Below, piece after piece: positions 63,152 through 64,000 of a stretch of 64,000 bases of DNA. Source of the DNA: Antedon mediterranea (Eukaryota; Animalia; Echinodermata); contig NC_092671.1 in the NCBI RefSeq assembly GCF_964355755.1, positions 37,768,304 through 37,832,303 of the forward strand, read 5' to 3'. Numbering within the stretch: the first letter of the stretch is position 1; every line of letters begins with the position of its first letter. A model generated the notes under the pieces. That model did no database searches and was not told the origin of the DNA. It saw only the letters and a program-made list of their open reading frames with translations. The translations under genes and the position numbers were made by a program.

Positions 63152-63819
63152 GTAATTTCCCGATTGATCGTAATCAAAACGGTACTGGGTTTGGTCTACT
63201 AGCGTTCCTGCTCCCAACCAGTACATCCATTCATAGAAGCCTTAATGAAGTAAGCCTACCTGGTGGTGGCCATAGAACGGTCCCGAGATAACGACTATAC
63301 TTTGGCTTTAGTCGATAGAAGATTGAATAAATTGTTAGAGATAGAGTATACGATGTTATGATTATGTGTAGATATGTGATTTGTTCTTTTTATTCCAATG
63401 ATGTTATGTATTTAATAAATTTGTTATATCAATTAATTAAATTATCGTAGATTGCATATTATGCGATGAATATTATTTAATAAATTTTTGATATATTATT
63501 ATTATTATATTAATAAAAAAGATATTTGTTAGTATAAATTAAAAAATATAGATATAAGGAAGAAAAGCAAAGAGATTATGGAGCGGCTGTACCAGAATAT
63601 ACAACACTAAGTATTGTAAAGTTAATATATTAAAAATTTAGGCGATCTTGTCAAAGGTCAAGCGCCTTCAGCCTGCCACGTAAATTCCCGATTGATCGTA
63701 ATCAAAACGGTACTGGGTATGGTCTACTAGATTTCCTGCTCCCAACCAGTACATCCATTCATAGAAGCCTTGATGAAGCAAGCCTACCTGGTGGTGGCCA
63801 TAGAACGGTTCCGAGATAA
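63152..63819. repeat. About 137-bp direct repeats flanking a roughly 390 bp AT-rich spacer
   Basis: 63152-63289 and 63680-63819 are near-identical (TTCCCGATTGATCGTAATCAAAACGG...GAACGGT.CCGAGATAA). Confidence 0.85.
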
Positions 63820-64000
63820 TATAATAGTCTGTATAGAGGTTTGCCTTAGTTATATATTTCCCTTGTTCATTTCAAAGAGGAACTTTTTAAATTGTATTTA
63901 AAGATGAAAAAAAAAATCATGAAAATGAATAGGTCATTTTACAGTTTAAATGGCATTATTTAATTCCATTAAAAAAAAGATTTCACTTATAAAAAGACAA

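Noticed and set aside
63765-63815. Hammerhead ribozyme in the direct repeats (TTGATGAAG...GAAC)
   Set aside because: The core lacks CUGANGA and GAAA with a proper helix II; other CTGANGA hits (27504, 27563, 59681) also lack the fold.

Overview
AT-rich, intron-dense eukaryotic (metazoan, probably invertebrate deuterostome; inferred from protein similarity only) genomic DNA. Most ORFs in the supplied track are exon fragments or repeat noise. Three spliced genes were reconstructed by hand. (1) A + strand S9B dipeptidyl peptidase (exons 7939-34669) has a DPP6/DPP10-type N-terminus but an intact Ser-Asp-His triad. (2) A complete - strand DNA primase small subunit, PRIM1 (12 exons, 42661-37270, 426 aa), contains an AT-AC U12-type intron. 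(3) The 5' part of a + strand acetyl-CoA carboxylase (ATG 46739) runs off the window and lies head-to-head with PRIM1, across a promoter with an E2F site, a tandem duplication and an SRE-like site. Introns are saturated with roughly 45 copies or fragments of one 130-190 bp PIF/Harbinger-like MITE carrying a variable 21-bp internal repeat. There are also TTAA-flanked (Kolobok-like) MITEs, hAT-like elements, a Helentron-type element, tRNA-derived SINEs and LINE 3' ends. Most interesting: the MITE sits close to splice sites and about half its 3-bp flanks are inverted rather than duplicated; there are three probable P-element excision footprints; and PRIM1 has a candidate new poison exon. No CRISPR, prokaryotic system or intact transposase was seen.
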